Source: Promethearchaeota archaeon
Lineage (GTDB): Archaea; Asgardarchaeota; Lokiarchaeia; Sigyniarchaeales; SOKP01
Direction: 5' to 3'
DNA length: 64,000 bases
Assembly: GCA_048938025.1 (NCBI GenBank)
Contig: JBHLMP010000001.1
Location: forward strand, 1-64,000
Shown here: positions 60,801 to 64,000 of the stretch, piece after piece
Layout of the letters: each line of letters starts with the position of its first letter
Numbering within the stretch: position 1 is the first letter of the stretch
The notes under the pieces: model-generated
The model's input: only the letters and a program-made list of their open reading frames with translations
Told to the model about the DNA's origin: nothing
Database searches by the model: none
Program-made: the position numbers and the translations under genes

Positions 60801-61769
60801 TTAAGTAATTTTAACTTTAGTTACTAATTCTTGTTTTTTCTTTTCCTTCTCCTTTTTGTACTCCTCTTTCTTTTTCTGATATAAAGCTCGCTTACGTTGA
60901 AATTCTAGTCTTCTTATTATCGGCCTTTTCTTCTTTTTTAGATATTCCTTTTTCGATTTTTTATATTCTTTTTTTGCTTTTTTATATTCCTTTTTTTTAA
61001 TTTTATATCTTTTATATTGTCTCTTAATCTTGTGACGAAGATCCTTGCTGATTTCTTTTATTCCTAATTCTTTTAATTGTCTTTTGAACTTTTCAAATGA
61101 TTCAAATCTTAAAACTATAATTCCTAATTCCCTAGCAGGAACTAAATTTCGAATTTTATCATCAATAAATATACATTTCTTAGGAGATGTATCTAATTTT
61201 TTTAAAACATATTTGTATTTATCCATATTGGGTTTAATTAAGCCAATTTCATTAGATAAAAACACGTGATCAAAAATATCATAAAACCCCTTTAATAAAT
61301 TTGATTTAGCATGAATATCGAAGGTATTTGACATTAAACTTACAATATATCCAGCCTTATGTAAACGTTCAATTGTTTCTGCCATATCAGAAGAGAAATG
61401 TGTTAGCATTGAATATAATTCAAACCAGATTTCTAAATAGTATTCAACATTTACTTTTTTTGGAGGTAGAGCACCATCTTTTTTTTGAGAAGGATAATAA
61501 TATTTATCAAAAATTTTTTCTAAAAATTCTTTAGCACTAATTCTACCTGAACTAAGACTTCGCCTAAATTTTCGAAAATACGAATCCTCAGAAGTCGGTA
61601 TAGTAATATTTAAATCAGACTGTATTAAATCAAATAAATTTTTTAAAATAAAGGTTTTTTCAATCATTACACCCCCAAAATCAAATATAAAATGCTTAAT
61701 TTTATACAGTCTAACCTTTTGAGTTTTTCCAAATATCTTAAAGGTTTTTAACTCTTCTGGTGTACTCAT
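60801..61769 (-). CDS. HAD family phosphatase with Lys-rich C-terminal tail
   Basis: FDFGGV, MSNT, KP, FIDD; tail with KKEYKK repeats. Confidence 0.88.
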   Translation of the reverse strand: MSTPEELKTFKIFGKTQKVRLYKIKHFIFDFGGVMIEKTFILKNLFDLIQSDLNITIPTSEDSYFRKFRRSLSSGRISAKEFLEKIFDKYYYPSQKKDGALPPKKVNVEYYLEIWFELYSMLTHFSSDMAETIERLHKAGYIVSLMSNTFDIHAKSNLLKGFYDIFDHVFLSNEIGLIKPNMDKYKYVLKKLDTSPKKCIFIDDKIRNLVPARELGIIVLRFESFEKFKRQLKELGIKEISKDLRHKIKRQYKRYKIKKKEYKKAKKEYKKSKKEYLKKKKRPIIRRLEFQRKRALYQKKKEEYKKEKEKKKQELVTKVKIT

Positions 61770-61848
61770 TTTCTACCGGATCTTATTTTATAATTAAAAT
61801 AATTACTTTTTAAAGATAAAAATTTTCTTTATTCTACGATAAATATAT

Positions 61849-62661
61849 TCAAATATTACGAAATTCTCTAAATCTTTTTAAGATTAGATTACATATTGCC
61901 TCGACAGGAGAAATATTATCTACTTGCCACTGATCGAATTCTGGAAATGATCCAGGATCAACTATATATAATTTATTACTTGATTCTTCTCTGACAATAT
62001 CTAAATGTCCGAAAATACCATTTTCTCTTAATAAATTTTTCCACTTTTGAATTACCATCTCAATATCTTTTGGTGTTTGGATGAATTCCATATGAACATG
62101 TTCATTGGATAATGGAGGTTTAATTAAGGTACAAATTTCTTCACCGATAAAGTATACATTATAATGTTCCCCTTTAATATATTTTTCTAAATATAATATT
62201 TTATTACTATTATAGGCTCTTAAATCCTTAAAAGAGTTTATAATTTTAACACCTTTACTTCCAGAGCCCATAATTGGTTTTAAAATTAGAGGAAAATCAT
62301 TATTATTAAGTTCTTTTTTCAAAGTTTCTACAGTACTTAAATAGATATTCGGGGGTGAAAGTCTGGCTTTTTTTATTAAAAAGTATGAATGTATTCTATT
62401 TTTCTGTAAAAATGAAGTATCTGGATCAGGGATAACTGGTATTTCATTTGCTTTTAAGTATTGACCAGCATAAATAAAGAAAAGATTTTTTGATTTTAAA
62501 ATAAAAAAATCGTTTGATAAAAGTGTATCATTGATACTAAGATTGTCTAAAGTATAGATTTTAACATTAAAACCTGTATTATTTTCGAAAAACTGCTTCA
62601 TTTTGCCTGTAAACATTGTTTTCCTTTTAGATAAGATTCCTATATTCAATTTAAGCCACAT
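61849..62661 (-). CDS. ATP-grasp protein, ITPK1/RimK-like
   Basis: IPVIPDP, FPLILKP..GSGSKGV, YLEKYI, VYFIG, FGHLDIV, IVDPGSFPEF. Confidence 0.8.
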   Translation of the reverse strand: MWLKLNIGILSKRKTMFTGKMKQFFENNTGFNVKIYTLDNLSINDTLLSNDFFILKSKNLFFIYAGQYLKANEIPVIPDPDTSFLQKNRIHSYFLIKKARLSPPNIYLSTVETLKKELNNNDFPLILKPIMGSGSKGVKIINSFKDLRAYNSNKILYLEKYIKGEHYNVYFIGEEICTLIKPPLSNEHVHMEFIQTPKDIEMVIQKWKNLLRENGIFGHLDIVREESSNKLYIVDPGSFPEFDQWQVDNISPVEAICNLILKRFREFRNI

Positions 62662-63477
62662 TTATTTTTTTGCTTGTTCTAATAAAAAATCTGCTACGAT
62701 CTTTGCACCATTTTTGATATAATTAAAATTTGGAGTGCAATTAATATCAGTTAAAAAAAATTGACCTTTTGATTTTAAAAAATCAAGAGAAGTTAACTTT
62801 AAATCCATAATTTCCATAGCCTTAATACAATATTCTTTTAATTCAGCAATTTCATCGATCTCGTGTCGTGATTCCACTTTATTAGAGTTAACTAAAATTG
62901 GGAGTTGTTTATAAAAATATATTTTATCACCAATACCGTAGATTTTATATTCCCATTTGCTTTTTATAAATTTCTGATAATAAAGATAATTATATCTAGG
63001 GTCTTCGGTATCAACTTCAAGTAAAGCTCTTTCATCAGCTACTTGTAGTTGTCCATTTTGTTTCTTAACTATAGGTTTGAATTTGTAGTTCTTTTGATCA
63101 ATTATATTTTTTATAATATAGTCCTTAAAATGAGGTAAAATACCTTTAGGATTTAATGTGAAATCTGGTATAGGAATTCCAGCCTCTTTTAAATACACAC
63201 TATTTAAAAATCGATTAATAGCTAACCAGCATCCCTTATAGGAGTTTATAACAGGTATTGATGTTTCTTCTTCAATGAATTTTACTAATCCTAAGATAAG
63301 ATCACCTTTACCTTTAACAAAAAAGATATCTTCATCAAGTTTCAAATTTGAACTGTCTACGAGAAATGATTCTTCAATATACAATTTAACTTCTGCTTTT
63401 GATCTCAGATATTTTAAGAAATCAGTAACTTTATATTTCAAGTGGTATTTGTCAATAATTATTCCTACTTTTTTCAA
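62662..63477 (-). CDS. ATP-grasp protein, ITPK1-like inositol phosphate kinase candidate
   Basis: IPVINS, YYQKFI..YKIYGIGD, SLDFL, TDINCTPNF. Confidence 0.8.
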   Translation of the reverse strand: MKKVGIIIDKYHLKYKVTDFLKYLRSKAEVKLYIEESFLVDSSNLKLDEDIFFVKGKGDLILGLVKFIEEETSIPVINSYKGCWLAINRFLNSVYLKEAGIPIPDFTLNPKGILPHFKDYIIKNIIDQKNYKFKPIVKKQNGQLQVADERALLEVDTEDPRYNYLYYQKFIKSKWEYKIYGIGDKIYFYKQLPILVNSNKVESRHEIDEIAELKEYCIKAMEIMDLKLTSLDFLKSKGQFFLTDINCTPNFNYIKNGAKIVADFLLEQAKK

Positions 63478-63679
63478 ATAATTACCCTAAACAGCCTTTT
63501 ATCAATGAAATAGAACTTTTTCTTTAATACTTAATAAATAATATTTATCTAATTTAAATAAACTCAAAATAATTGTGTTTTAATTAATTAACTTTGTTAT
63601 ACTAATTTCCTAAATTATTATCAATATATTTATATAAGATTATTTATTCATAATTTATCAAAATAATAGGGTTTTTTAA

Positions 63680-64000
63680 GTGTCAAATAAGCTTAATAGA
63701 ATCTATATAGGGGCTATTTGCAATCGCGATCTTGAAGTTTTCGAACAGATCAAGAAATTCTTAAGTAAAAATTACAATATCTCAATTGTGAACCTATATA
63801 GAGAAGGCACTGAAGCTTCCATTGCCAAGTATATTAAAAAAAAGCTAAAAAAATACCCTATTTCATTGATCATAATTAAATTGTTATCAGAGGATTCTAA
63901 TCAAGTAATATACAATGCACTTGATAAAATTGCTTCAAAGATTCCATTATTAAATAGTCTTAAATCGGTTAAAACTTGTGAAAGTAGAAGAGAAACATTT
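63680..64000 (+). CDS. Third ATP-grasp/ITPK1-like protein, N-terminal part (runs off window end)
   Basis: Manual translation from GTG 63680, open to the end: ..PISLIIIKLL..IPLLNSLKSVKTCESRRETF, a pre-ATP-grasp signature. Confidence 0.65.
   Translation, partial: MSNKLNRIYIGAICNRDLEVFEQIKKFLSKNYNISIVNLYREGTEASIAKYIKKKLKKYPISLIIIKLLSEDSNQVIYNALDKIASKIPLLNSLKSVKTCESRRETF

Noticed and set aside
4962-63481. Many short ORF-track entries overlapping longer genes (e.g. 4962-5222, 8457-8675, 14328-14726, 29000-29278, 36995-37408, 57714-58064)
   Set aside because: They are antisense or off-frame shadows of well-supported genes and have no motifs.

Overview
Very AT-rich, gene-dense archaeal chromosomal segment. 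Gene content points to an Asgard archaeon, most likely Lokiarchaeia: Sm-L37e pair, SepCysS, EndA, PINA, proteasome beta, SepF, geranylgeranyl reductase, plus roadblock, longin/uDENN-like, GIFT-like and ubiquitin-like proteins. Most of it is housekeeping and metabolism; I see no CRISPR array, IS element or provirus. Reading beyond the ORF track shows: (1) an unannotated 83-aa ubiquitin-like gene ending QAGG; (2) recurrent initiation at ATT/ATA/ATC codons 6-7 nt behind a GTGA-type Shine-Dalgarno core; (3) a tRNA-Leu(TAA) with two non-canonical introns, plus an EndA subunit lacking the catalytic His; (4) a ~130-nt structured RNA candidate with its own TATA box and oligo-T end; (5) a CorA-like 2TM-NUDIX fusion; (6) a cluster of ITPK1-like ATP-grasp kinases next to a HAD phosphatase with a polybasic tail. 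All family calls come from motifs recognised by eye, not from database searches.
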